From assembly GCF_006345805.1 (NCBI RefSeq), contig NC_043002.1:95542001-95606000 (forward strand): a stretch of DNA of 64,000 nucleotides. Direction: 5' to 3'. This document shows, piece by piece, positions 38,625 through 50,854 of the stretch. Origin of the DNA: Octopus sinensis. Taxonomy: Eukaryota. The stretch's first letter is position 1; the number at the start of each line of letters is the position of its first letter. The notes under the pieces were generated by a model. The model was not told the DNA's origin. It ran no database searches and worked only from the letters and a program-made list of their open reading frames with translations. Position numbers and translations under genes: made by a program.

Positions 38625-39780
38625 TATCATCATCATCATCTAGCATCTGCTTTCCATGCTGGCACAGTTTAGATGGTTTGACTGGATTTGATAAGCTGGA
38701 GAGCTGTGCTATTTATGTGACACTGGCACTGGCCTCGACTACAATTTCACTTGGCTTGATGAGTCTTCTCAAGCTCAGCATATTACCAAAGGTCTCAGTC
38801 ACTTGTTATTGCCTCTGTGAGGCCCAGCATTCAGAGATCATGCTTCACCACCCCATCCCATGTCTTCCTGGGTCTACATCTTCCATAGGTTCCTTCCACA
38901 GTTAGAGATTGGCACTTCTTTACACAACTATCTATCCTTGTCCATGCTCATCACATGACCATATTAGTACAGTTGTCTCTCTTGCACACCACATTGGATG
39001 CTTCTTATGCCCAACTTTTCTCTCAAGATGTTTACACTCTGTCATACATGCACACTGACACTGCATATCCAGCGAAGTGTACTAGTTTCATTTCTTTCAA
39101 ACCTACATATGCCCTCAGCAGTTACAGCCCATATTTCACTACCGTATAGCATGGCTGTTTGCACAGAGATATCATGCAATCTATCTTTCATTCTGAGGGA
39201 GAGGCACTTAATTACCAACAAAGGTAAAAGCTCTCTAAACTTTGCCCTGCCTATTCTTATTCTAGCAGCTATGCTCTCAGAGCACAGCTATCAACCACTT
39301 CTAGGTATTCCCCTGGGCATTTGATGGAGTCTATTTTCTGCATATTTCTAGTGTTTATTGTACATGTACATCTGTCACACACAAGACTATATTCTCTGTT
39401 AACCTCCCTCTAATATGTACATAGCACCCCTTATGTACATAGCTTGCACTGGGTACATCTTATTAAGTCTTCACCTACATCTTTTCTTTCATATCAAGCG
39501 GGGCCATTTACCTGAAGGGATTTGTGATTTGTCCACTTTCCTACTCAAAAAAGGCCTTTCGCTAAGGCCCTTTAATTCTAGACCTTGCTTCCACACCTGA
39601 AATTCTTTCTCTAGTTCTGATAGTGATTCAGCTATAAGTACAAGGTCATCAGCATAGAGTAGCTCCCAGGGGCAGCTTGACTTAAATTCCTCTGTTATTG
39701 CCTGGAGGACTATGATGAACAAGAGGGGGCTGAGGACTGATCTTTTGTGAACCCCTACTTGTACCCTGAATTCATTGCTA
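38625..39780 (-). mobile_element. RTE-clade LINE, 3' part, decayed, (GAT)n tail
   Basis: FRVQVGVHKRSVLSPLLFIIVLQ...WELLYADDLVLIAES; ARIRIGRAKFRELLPLL...AMLYGSEIWAV...TLRWIC; tail gcatggaaagcagatgcta(gat)n. Confidence 0.9.
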
Positions 39781-39847
39781 TATATATATAAATATATATG
39801 TGTATATGTATGTATGCATGTATATATATATATATGTAGTATGTATG

Positions 39848-39878
<31 letters not shown>

Positions 39879-40849
39879 GTATGTTTGTATGTATGTATGT
39901 TTGTATGTATGTATGTATGTATGTATGTATGTATGTATGCATGTATGTATGTATGTATGTATATGTGTATGTATGTATGTATGTATGAATGTGTCTATGT
40001 ACTTGAATTTACCTCCCATTACCAGTTGACAGCCAGTGTTGGTTTGTTTGTGTCCCCATAACTTTGAGTTGGCAAAAAGAGACTGATATATAATAAGTAC
40101 CAAGCTTAGAAAATATAATAAGTACCAAGGTTGATTTGTTTGACCAAATCTTTCAAGGTGGTGGCCCCAGCATGACCGCAGTCAAATGACTGAACAAGAT
40201 AAGAAAGAAGAAAAACTTTTGAATTGCTAGTGATCGACATGGAAGAGGAAAAGAGTTCTCATAGTAATCTTACAAATGGCTACATAAGATTAATTGGAGT
40301 GATCTCAACTCATGAAATGTATTAATTTTTGACATATTGATGCCATCAAAGAATGACAAATGTCCAATTAAGAGATAATCAAGATATAAATAAAAGAACA
40401 TCTTAAAAAGACAGAGATAAAAATCTTATGTTAGGGGGAAAGAAATTTTGATTTGCTTCAAACCATATCAGTATAGTCAAAGAAATTCATAAAGGAATTT
40501 TAACTTTACTGGGTTATTATTATTTTTTTAATGTTTGGCACAAGAGGAATGTAGCACAAACATGTTATAAATGGGCATTAACTCTGTAAATGTGTATGTT
40601 TATATGTGTGTCTCTAAAAATGGAAGTAAAATATGAAAGAAATAAAGAAGAGAAAAATCTTGGAATCAAAACACGAGTGTGTACATGTATACAAGCATGA
40701 AAAGAAACTATCTAAAATATATACAAACATATACACATTGCATATTCAACACACACGCACACACACACACACATACACACACACATACACACACACACAC
40801 ACATACAGCATATACAGTTGTGAATTTTACAAATCTTTTGGTCAAATTA

Positions 40850-41720
40850 TGATGGCGTTTTCAGGTGAATGGCACCAAATTCTTCCAGTCATATCACACA
40901 GAACTTTCCTCTACAGAATTCAAATAACACAACTTACATGTGAATTTAGGTGGCATGAGTCAATAGTACAGAAAATTATGCAGGATTTTTGCGTAGAATC
41001 AGTGAAGGAAAATATCATACTGGTAAGATTGATTAGATACAAATTGCCAAAAATCCTGTGTTTTCTAGATTAAATCTACAACGTTTTTGCAACTGTATTT
41101 TTGCAAATTCTAGGGATCACAGCATGCCATTCTTTTGTTTAACCAACAACAGTGTTAATGGAGTTGATAACATTATGAGTGGTTGCTTTCCAGGTCAAAT
41201 CAAAGAATATTTCAGAAATACCATGGTCTTTAAGAATGATGAAGCACATCTTTACTAAACAGAATTTTAAGCACAATTTATTGAGGTAGCGTGGCTAAGT
41301 ACAAAAAGTTCACCAGTTGTATTTCTAAATTTGGTACCACTAATATGGCGATTAAAATTGGCACAAGATACATTATCAAGAGCCTCAACAATGCAGTTAT
41401 TTACTGTTATTGCTTCTAGCACTCATAAATGGGAAGAGTTATTTATTCCAAGAATACATAGGCTATAAAGTCATCATGTTCTGCCATTCCAAATACAAAG
41501 GCAGTAATTTCTCTTCAAACTAATTCTTTTGTCATACAATTCACAAAGCTCAATACCAGATGCATTTGGAAGCTCAGCATCAATGTACAGAACAAAGAAT
41601 GCTTCTCTCTTTGCTTTATGTTGGTATATCAAGAATAAGAAATTCAAGTAGCCTTATCATTGTGGTAAAAACAAAGAATGGAAATGGATCTTCTATGTAA
41701 CCAGAAATTCTGTTATAGCA
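40850..41720 (+). mobile_element. Decayed Helitron/PIF1-type helicase coding relic
   Basis: FSGEWHQILPVI (compare F.GDFRQILPVI), CLTNNSVN, ELFIPRI, and LYVGISRI (compare LYVALSRV) in the expected order. Confidence 0.72.
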
Positions 41721-41909
41721 TTCATAATCTCTATTTCTCGAGATTACAACACTTATGTAAATTTCAATAGTTCATCAAAGTAGTAACTATTGTCACCATA
41801 AGTGATAATCAATATACTTTCATCCAAAGTAATAAATACTACGATATTTTTCTACAACACACAAATTAGTCTGTTGACTTAAAACAGAAACACTTATTTA
41901 TATATATAT

Positions 41910-42295
41910 CACCATCATCATCATCATCATCATTGTTTAACGTCTGCTTTCCATGCTAGCATGGGTTGGACGATTTTGACTGATGGCTGGCGAGCCAGAT
42001 GGCTGTACCAGGCTCCAATCTTGATCTGGCAGAGTTTCTACAGCTGGATGCCCTTCCTAATGCCAACCACTCCGAGAGTGTAGTGGGTGCTTTTTACGTG
42101 CCACCAGCACGAGGGCCAGTCAGGCGGCACTGGCAATGACCTCGCTCAAATCTTTTTACACGTGCCACCAGCACAGGTGCCAGTGAAACAATGTTGATAA
42201 CGATCATGCTTGAATGGTGCCCTTTTACGTGCCACCGGTACGGAAGCCAGTTGGCTGCTCTGGCAACGATCACACTCAGATGGTGCTCTTGGCAC
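41910..42295 (-). mobile_element. SINE with tail 2 and about 3-4 diverged internal repeat units
   Basis: (CAT)n then gtttaacgtctgctttccatgctagcatggg..., followed by repeated tttt(t)acgtgccacc(a/g)gcac units. Confidence 0.85.
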
Positions 42296-42743
42296 CACTT
42301 CTTAATTTGAGTGGAGGCAATGCAAGCAGGAACTAAAGGAACATTACTAAGATCCACACTCAAAGATCAAATACATACATATATTCATTATTCATTTATA
42401 TCTACAGAACGGATATAAAATTCGACAAATATAAATATAGTATATATAAATAGATAAAAATAATATAATATATATAAATATATAAGAATCGATGTTACAT
42501 CATACCAATGTTTTATAACTTTAAGCATAAATTCACTGTGTTTTGTGTGTAACACCAATTCTTATATGTTTATATATATTATATGATTTTTATCTATTTA
42601 TATATAATTATATTTATATATGTCGAATTTTATATCTGTTCTGTAGATATAAATGAATATATGAATATATTTATTGCTCTTTGAGTGTGGATCTTACTAA
42701 TGTTCCTCCTGCTTGCATTGCCTCCGCTCAAATTAAGAAGTGG
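42295..42743. repeat. Foldback inverted repeat, ~200-bp arms, 48-bp spacer, moderately diverged
   Basis: ccacttcttaatttgagtggaggcaatgcaagcagg...tgttaca (42295-42499) versus tgtaaca...cctgcttgcattgcctccgctcaaattaagaagtgg (42548-42743). Confidence 0.88.
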
Positions 42744-42829
42744 AATATAGCTCATTTGGAGCACTACAACTCCAGTCTGTATTATATCTTGAGTATTGTT
42801 ATTACTAGCAATCTCAAGATATGATGTGT

Positions 42830-43019
42830 ATTGTTGGTGATTATTTTCCCTCCATGTTCCTTTCCTTGGATCTTTCCTTTTCCCATGTTTCTGACGAAGA
42901 GCTCTACTCGAAACGTTAAATCCTCCTTCTTTCTTTCCTTTCTTGAGCGCCCAATAACACTATACTTGTTCCACGTCCTCGCGTTGTTGTGTTTTCTCTT
43001 TGTGTTTTCAGGTTTGGAT

Positions 43020-43025
<6 letters not shown>
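42830..43025 (+). mobile_element. Penelope-like terminal fragment with an HHR motif (42887-42921)
   Basis: GTTT-CTGACGA-A-GAG ctcta CTC-GAA-ACGT-T-AAAT: intact core, palindromic stem III, GUU triplet. Ends in tttggattaac(ta)n. Confidence 0.75.
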
Positions 43026-43074
<49 letters not shown>

Positions 43075-43199
43075 TACTGCTTTTCTTGATGTTGTGGTTT
43101 CAAAACGATTATATTTCTTTGCATGTATTGCTGTCTATTATTAATCCTGTACTTTCAATATCTTTGTATCTAACGAAAAAGAAGATAATAGCCACCTGA

Positions 43200-43530
43200 T
43201 TTGTTGACATGAGATCACTTTCCAGTTCACTTTAACTTTTGGTCCACAGATGTGCTTTGTCAACTCCCTGTTTTTTCTACCACTACTACAACAGCTTCTG
43301 CTCCTCAGTACTAACTGATCTCATTCCACTTCCATCCAGACCAGCTTGACTTACTCATTATAATATCCAGTGATCATTCTGCCCAATCTTTCCTCCCTAG
43401 ACTGTTCTATGTCTGGAATTCTCTGTCATATTTTTCCTATAACTATTCCAGAGATGCAATCATTGACACCAATCTTACTAGTCTCAGGTAGGGTCTGTGA
43501 CTGTTAAGGCCCTTCCTTCAGACTAAACCA
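43200..43530 (+). mobile_element. Decayed L2/CR1-group LINE 3' fragment
   Basis: Relics resembling the L2-group C-terminus (CFVNSLFF.HY...CSSVLTDLIP; SFLPRLFYVWNSL). Confidence 0.5.
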
Positions 43531-43679
43531 TTTCATAAACAAGAAAAAAAGGAGGGAATTTGGTGATTACATGTAATTATGAATATTAACAAATTTCAAA
43601 TACAAACTAATGATGAGGGAAGAAAATCGTTCTCCATAAAAATAATTCCTCTGCCTCTTAACCACTTCTGCACTGTCTC

Positions 43680-43945
43680 CTTTCTGTGACTCTCTGAACC
43701 CTATCACACTGTTTCACTTTGACTCACTGACCCCCAAGCATGCTATCTCTTCATTGTGACTCTCTGGCCTCTATTACATTATCTCCTCAATGTGACTTTC
43801 TGAGCCTTCTTACATAATCTCCTGACTCCTATCACACTCTTTTCACTATAACCTTCTAATTTCTACCACATTATCTCCTCACTGTAAATCTCTGACTCCA
43901 TTACACTCCCTCTCACTTTGACCTGCCGACCCCACTCACATTGTC
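43680..43945 (+). repeat. Degenerate pyrimidine-rich minisatellite (about 35-40-bp unit)
   Basis: Recurring tgtgactctctga...c(t/c)atcac(a)ct/attacattatctcctca units. Confidence 0.6.
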
Positions 43946-44939
43946 CCTTTGTCAGGGTCCTACATCACTACTAAATAATATCAGTCAATGAGCGATTTTC
44001 TGTGTGGCCTCTTGATCTGCTGGAAATAACAACCAAATCTCCCTCAAATCACAAGGAACTGTCTTGACAATTATGTAATCCATAAAGAATTATGTTAGCC
44101 TATGTCTAAAATTAAGATGAATAGTCAAAGCAAAAATGTCTTTTTGATCACAGGTCTGTTCAGTTAATGTTCATCTAGGATATATATATACCAACTTCTA
44201 AAAGTTCTGAGCAGCTTTTGTGTCCTTCTTTAATATCATCTGTTTACCCTGCCCTTAACATCAATGCCTTCTTCAAACTGTAAAATTTTTGGCCATATAT
44301 TCTATCACAGTAATCTTGCCAAAATGTCCTAGCTCTCTGACTGGAAAGGGCACCAGTCATCTATAGTCATTCTTCAGGTTTCGTACAAAAAGAATATGCT
44401 TCTGTAGGTATGAATTAGAACATGAAACTGCTGAGGTTCTTTACTAGTTTGCTGATCTCTGTTGTAACTTCTTTCTAAACAGATATATCATCATCAACAT
44501 CCACTTTCCCATGCTCCACAATGGGCTAGATGGAATTTGTTGAGGTGGGTTTTCTACAGTTGGACGCCCTCCCTGTTGCCAACCCTCACCTGTTTTCAAG
44601 CAAAGTAATATTTCCTTGTGGCCAGACATGTTCTCACAGAAACTGGAAACAAAAGAACACCAGCTGGATAACACTGGAACTCGTGGCTTTGTGGTTAGGA
44701 TATTTTACTCCTGATTGTAAGATTGTAGTTTTGATTCCTAGACCAGCTAATTATTGTGTTCTTGAGCAAAACACTTCATTTCATGTTGGTTCAGTCCACT
44801 CAGCTGGCTAAAAGGAGTAATCCTGCTGTGAGACTGCTTCCCCATCCAGCCCTTATGAGTCAGCATTACTTAAAAAGGTTCTTTTAAGGTTACTTAGATA
44901 ACACTCATTTACAACTATCATATGCTGTCAGCAATAGTA

Positions 44940-45007
<68 letters not shown>

Positions 45008-47069
45008 ACACATACACACATGTGCTTATGTGCCTACACACAGACACCCTTATATATACATATTCAAATATATATACAATAGGCTTCTTACAGTTTTCAT
45101 CGACCAAATCCACTCACAAGGTGCCAGGCAGTGAGACTGAACCTGGAACCATGTGGTTGGGAAGCAAACTTCTTACCACACAGCCACACCTGCATCTACA
45201 TTTCTCCATAGACAATCGATTCGTCAGAAATGTGGAAATGGAATAGAAAAATAAAACGCAAAGAAGCAATATTTTACAATAAAGTGTCTAATCTGATGTA
45301 TGTGAGAAGAGGTCGGTATAGGTTAATACTTCAATAAATAAACCTGATTATGTTGGTGGGAGAGTCAGGAGAGAGGTGTGCCGGTGGGTTTTGGATGTCA
45401 CTTTTAGAAATTTATACATTCATCAGCATATTTTTTTTTTTATGGATATTTGTCAAAATTGTTTTATCAGAAGGTCACTTATATATCACAACACAAACTT
45501 CATTATCATTATCATCACAGCTATCGCAATGATGTGCACTTCCTCCTCGTCATGAAACTCATTATCGTTATAATCAAAATTATGGTCAACATACTTCTAT
45601 TTCTCTACGTCTTCTTCACTGCCAGTGCCACCACTACCACTATCATCATTGCATCACCCACTTACCAGTGCCATCACCATCCATCCAACACAACCAATAT
45701 CCTTACCACCCACCCACCACCTCCATCACTATCACCATCACCACTACTCTCACAAGCTCCACCACCACCATCATATTCATCATCACATCATCATCACCGT
45801 CATCATCATTATCACTATGAGATCAGATACTCTCCCAATCCACAGTGAATATCAAGACTATACTGCTCCAACCATTCCTCTAGTATGTTTTATTAAGTTG
45901 TGATGTGTAAGAGACCCATCAATAAGGGATCATTAATTTCAAGACAGCAGCACCAGAATATGTAATGGGGTAACAGTTCAGAGCTAAGTTCCCTGAAACC
46001 AAGTCAAACATTACAAAGTTTAATTCCTAGTTGAAACTTTGCCATGTCATTTGTTACTAATGTTCTTGGGAAATGCAGGAATATTGAGGGTATATAATCT
46101 CATTCCTCTCTCTATAGACTTTGCTCTTTTTTTTTTTTCCATTTCCAAAGTGAAATCCTCTCTTGTAGGTTGCCAATTTTGGACAATGGAATAGAGCAAA
46201 CAAATCTGCTTCTTTTTATTCCTTTATTATTTCACTTGTTTAAGGTGTCAAGCTGGCAGAATCATTAGCACACAAGGTAAAATGCTTAACAGCATTTCAT
46301 CCGTCTTTACATTCTGAGTTCAAATTCTGCCAAGGTCAACTTCACCTTTCATCGTTTCGGGGTCAATAAAATAAGTACTAGTTGAGCAGTGGGGTCGATC
46401 TAATTGACTAGCTCCCTTCCCCACCAAAAAGACTTTTGGCCTTGTACCTACAGCAGAAAGGATTATTTCACTTGTTTCAGTCGTTGGACTGTGGCCAAGC
46501 AGGGGCACAGTCTTGAAGGTTTTAATTGATAAAAATTGATCTCAGGAGCAAGAGCAGGTGAGAAGAGAAAAGGAGGAGTTGGAAGGGAAGGTGGGAGAGA
46601 GGAGGCTTGGTAGATCTGTTGGTATGAAGTGGAGGATTGACTTTCTGCACTTTAGCATCCATATTTACATGGTGCGATGCAAGACTAATGGAGTGTAGGA
46701 CGAACATTTTAGAAGAGTTTTATCTACAAAATGGGCCAAAAATGTGAAACCTTTCTCTGTCGGTATACTAAATATGGAGCCATATTGGCTGAAGTGTTGT
46801 GGGAGTCTACAAAGTTGGTAAAGATTTTCTTGACAAAAGGATCCAGAAGAGCCAACTGCAATTTGAAAGGCAGGAAAGCTTACTGAGTGTGAGATATGCA
46901 ACAGATTCTTTTGCTTTTTAAATAGTTTTCTTGTGGGTATTGCCATTTTCCATCTTAATCTTCAATTATAGAAAAATAGTACTTTTTTTACTCTTCATCC
47001 TTGTTATTAATAACACCCAGAAACATGTATCCTACAATCCACTGACATCAATCATACCCCAGTGGTATC

Positions 47070-48645
47070 ATCATCATCATCATCATCATCATCGTTTAAC
47101 ATCCATTCTTCATGCTAGCATGGGTTGGACGGTTCAACTGGGGATCTGGGAAGCCAGGAGGCTGCACCAGGCTCCAGTCTGATCTGGCAGTGTTTCTACA
47201 GCTGGATGCCCTTCCTAACGCCAACCACTCCGTGAGTGTAGTGGGTGCTTTTTACGCGCTACCAGAGGCTGGCAGCGGCCATGATCGGTTGGTGCGTTTT
47301 ACGTACCACCAGCACAGAAGCGAGTCAAGGCGGCACTGGCATCGGCCACGTTCGGATGGTGGTTTTTACGTGCCACTGGCACAGAAGCCAGTCAAGGCAG
47401 CGCTGGCATCGGCCACATTTGGATGGTGCGTTTTACGTGTCACCGGCACAGAAGCCAGTCAAGGCAGCGCTGGCATCGGCCACATTTGGATGGTGCGTTT
47501 TACGTGTCACCGGCACAGAAGCCAGTCAAGGCAGCGCTGGCATCGGCCACATTTGGATGGTGCGTTTTACGTGTCACCGGCACAGAAGCCAGTCAAGGCA
47601 GCGCTGGCATCGGCCACATTTGGATGGTGCGTTTTACGTGTCACCGGCATGGAGGCCAGTCAAGGCGGCACTGGCATCGGCCACATTTGGATGGTGCGTT
47701 TTACGTGTCACCGGCACAGAAGCCAGTCAAGGCAGCGCTGGCATCGGCCACATTTGGATGGTGCGTTTTACGTGTCACCGGCATGGAGGCCAGTCAAGGC
47801 GGCACTGGCATCGGCCACATTTGGATGGTGCGTTTTACGTGTCACCGGCATGGAGGCCAGTCAAGGCGGCACTGGCATCGGCCACATTTGGATGGTGCGT
47901 TTTACGTGTCACCGGCATGGAGGCCAGTCAAGGCGGCACTGGCATCGGCCACGTTCGGATGGTGGTTTTTACGTGCCACTGGCACAGAAGCCAGTCAAGG
48001 CAGTGCTGGCATCGGCCACATTTGGATGGTGCGTTTTACGTGCCACTGGCACAGAAGCCAGTCAAGGCAGCGCTGGCATCGGCCACATTTGGATGGTGCG
48101 TTTTACGTGTCACCGGCACAGAAGCCAGTCAAGGCAGCGCTGGCATCGGCCACATTTGGATGGTGCGTTTTACGTGTCACCGGCATGGAGGCCAGTCAAG
48201 GCGGCACTGGCATCGGCCACATTTGGATGGTGCGTTTTACGTGTCACCGGCATGGAGGCCAGTCAAGGCGGCACTGGCATCGGCCACATTTGATGGTGCG
48301 TTTTACGTGTCACCGGCATGGAGGCCAGTCAAGGCGGCACTGGCATCGGCCACGTTCGGATGGTGGTTTTTACGTGCCACTGGCACAGAAGCCAGTCAAG
48401 GCAGCGCTGGCATCGGCCACATTTGATGGTGCGTTTTACGTGCCACTGGCACAGAAGCCAGTCAAGGCAGCGCTGGCATCGGCCACATTTGGATGGTGCG
48501 TTTTACGTGCCACTGGCACAGAAGCCAGTCAAGGCAGCGCTGGCATCGGCCACATTTGGATGGTGCTTTTTACGTGCCACCGGCACGGAAGCCAGTCAAG
48601 GTGGCACTGGCATCGGCCACGTTTGGATGGTGCTTTTTACGTGCT
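47070..48645 (-). mobile_element. Tail-2 SINE carrying a 20-unit, 67-bp VNTR (47311-48645)
   Basis: Unit ggcacagaagccagtcaaggcagcgctggcatcggccacatttggatggtgcgttttacgtgtcacc (67 bp), starting at 47311, 47378, 47445 ... 48582. The SINE 3' part and (CAT)n lie at 47070-47310. Confidence 0.95.
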
Positions 48646-49075
48646 TTTACATGCCTTTTACATATGTTTTACATATGTATACACATGTATTATCAGTAAC
48701 AAGAATTTCTTTCTGAAGACAGCGTTTGCAGTAAATGTTTCTCCAATCTAAATGTGCACAAATGTGATGAATATAATTGTACACACCAATATTTTAATCA
48801 TTGCTGCTTACTGTGTCTCTGATTATTCCCTTCTTCAACTATAATCAACACTACTGAAATTACCATCGAGTGTTTTGGTTCCAGATGGCTAATAATTGAA
48901 CAGCCCAATGAAAATAGAACTATTGAAAGTGCATAACACATTCATCAAGCTTCTCAGTGAGTCATCGTTGTTGTTGTTGTATAACCTCATACAGCACTGA
49001 TCACACAGATCCAATGTAATGCAACATAACTTCGAGAGGAGCAAACTGTGCAAAACTGTAAAACTGATGATGTGT

Positions 49076-49320
49076 TATTCTGTTGTGTCTGGGGAGAGTC
49101 ATTATCTTTTATAATTTAACACGCTCACCGGTAATATTTCCACTTATTTCTTATTATTTTTGTAAAATTTTCGTTGCAACCTTTTCAAGAATATTGAAAA
49201 GGTTGCAAGACGCAATGAAAATTTTAAGAAAATAAAAATAAGAAATAAGTGGAAATTTTACCGGTGAGTGTGTTAATTAAGGCACAAAAAAAAATTACTC
49301 TCCCCAGACACAACAGAATA
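49076..49320. mobile_element. Palindromic MITE-like element
   Basis: tattctgttgtgtctggggagagt...ctcaccggtaa.atttccacttatttcttatt...gttgcaaccttttcaa is mirrored by ttgaaaaggttgcaa...aataagaaataagtggaaattttaccggtgag...actctccccagacacaacagaata. Confidence 0.8.
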
Positions 49321-49934
49321 TGCTTCAACACACAAACTCTCATAAAGAATCTTGCAAACCAAATCCAAAAATGAAATATGATGATGTGTTAGGTGTATCT
49401 AAATTATTATGACTGTAGGGGGCACTTGGTTTTGTGGTTAGGGTGTTGCACTCACAATCAGATGATCGTGGTTTCAGTTCCTGGACCAGTTGGTGCATTG
49501 TGTTCTTGAGCAAGATACTTCATTTCATGTTGTCTGTAATCACTTTGACACCTGACATGGGACACACCATGCACCTGTTCAAGCAATGTCGCTTTGATGT
49601 AGGGAGGGAGCTAATGCGTGGAACATGCATTTGATTACTGTAAGGAAATCATTTGTGAAGATTATTTGGCAAGAAATCGTAGAACCATCTTTCTTGGACT
49701 AAGAGAGACTACCATCATATCAGTCTGACTACAAATAGTACAACATATTCTCTAGTATTAGTGTGAGTTTAGCCTAATGTGAAGAATAGCTCAACACAGA
49801 ACCAAGTACCATGAAGTGTAGAGGTTGATATGTTACCATTTTTTCCATCTGTACCATTTTATATAATAAAAAAAACAAACCAGTTTTAGTGGGAAGAGTC
49901 TGTTGTAGTACCTATTTTATTGACTTTGAAGTTA

Positions 49935-50275
49935 TGAGCTTGACTTATAGAATGGTACTTTTCTTCAAATCAACATTGTGAGTTTTATTCCCAGTCTCCT
50001 TCAGTCTTTTAGGTAGCATTTTGGGTGTCATGCAAAGTGCACCAATCACCACAGGAATAATTGTGGTCTTAGTTTTCCGCTGTTTCTTCAGCTCTCCAGC
50101 TAAATCATGATGTTTCTCCATTTTTTATCTAATTTCTTTGGAATTAATTCTGTTATAGGAGTTGCAAAGTCTATAATCTTACAGTTTGTTTATTTTCTCT
50201 TCTACAATCATGTCTGGTTTTCTTGCTTCAGTAGCATGGTTAGTCTTTATAGGGAAATCCCATAGCATCCTATAA
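49935..50275 (-). mobile_element. R4/Dong-like LINE endonuclease C-terminal fragment
   Basis: LWDFPIKTNHATEARKPDMIV...KIIDFATP...IIPVVIGALCMTPKML. Confidence 0.8.
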
Positions 50276-50388
50276 TTTTCCTTTATTACCATTATAATTA
50301 TTATTATATGAACACTCTCAGCTTATTTTGTTGGGTATGATGGAATGCATCAGCTGTCCACAGCCAGCAGACTAAGGTGACATCTTAC

Positions 50389-50419
<31 letters not shown>

Positions 50420-50420
<1 letters not shown>

Positions 50421-50693
50421 GCCAGCCTCGCCTGGCCCCCATGCTGGTGGCACATAAAAAGTACCATCCGATCGTGGCCGTTTGCCAGACTCGTCTGACA
50501 CCTGTGCCGGTGGCACGTAAAAAGCATCCACTACACTCATGGAGTGGTTGGCGTTAGGAAGGGCATCCAGCTGTAGAAACATTGCCAGATCAAACTGGGC
50601 CTGGTGCAGCCTTCTGGCTTCCCAGACCCCAGTTGAACCGTCCAACCCATGCTAGCATGGAAAGCAGATGCTAAACGATGATGATGATGATGA

Positions 50694-50695
<2 letters not shown>
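50420..50695 (+). mobile_element. 5'-truncated tail-2 SINE with about 2 repeat units, (GAT)n tail
   Basis: ggtggcac(a/g)taaaaag units, then gcgttaggaagggcatcc...ccaacccatgctagcatggaaagcagatgctaaac(gat)n. Confidence 0.85.
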
Positions 50696-50726
<31 letters not shown>

Positions 50727-50854
50727 ATTCTACTCAGGTCAACTTTGGCTTTCATCCTTACGGGGTATACAAAGTAAGTATCAGTTGAACACTGGGGTTG
50801 ATGTAATCGATATATCCCTGCCCTCAAAATGGCTGCCCTTGTGGAAAAATTTGA

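Noticed and set aside
45450-45903. His/Pro/Thr-rich ORFs
   Set aside because: Degenerate (CAC/CAT)n low-complexity sequence with no splice or domain support.
47112-48751. Three long ORFs (393-442 aa) as a host gene, or the array as a CRISPR
   Set aside because: The ORFs follow from a stop-free 67-bp unit cycling through frames. There are no unique spacers and no cas genes, and the context is eukaryotic.
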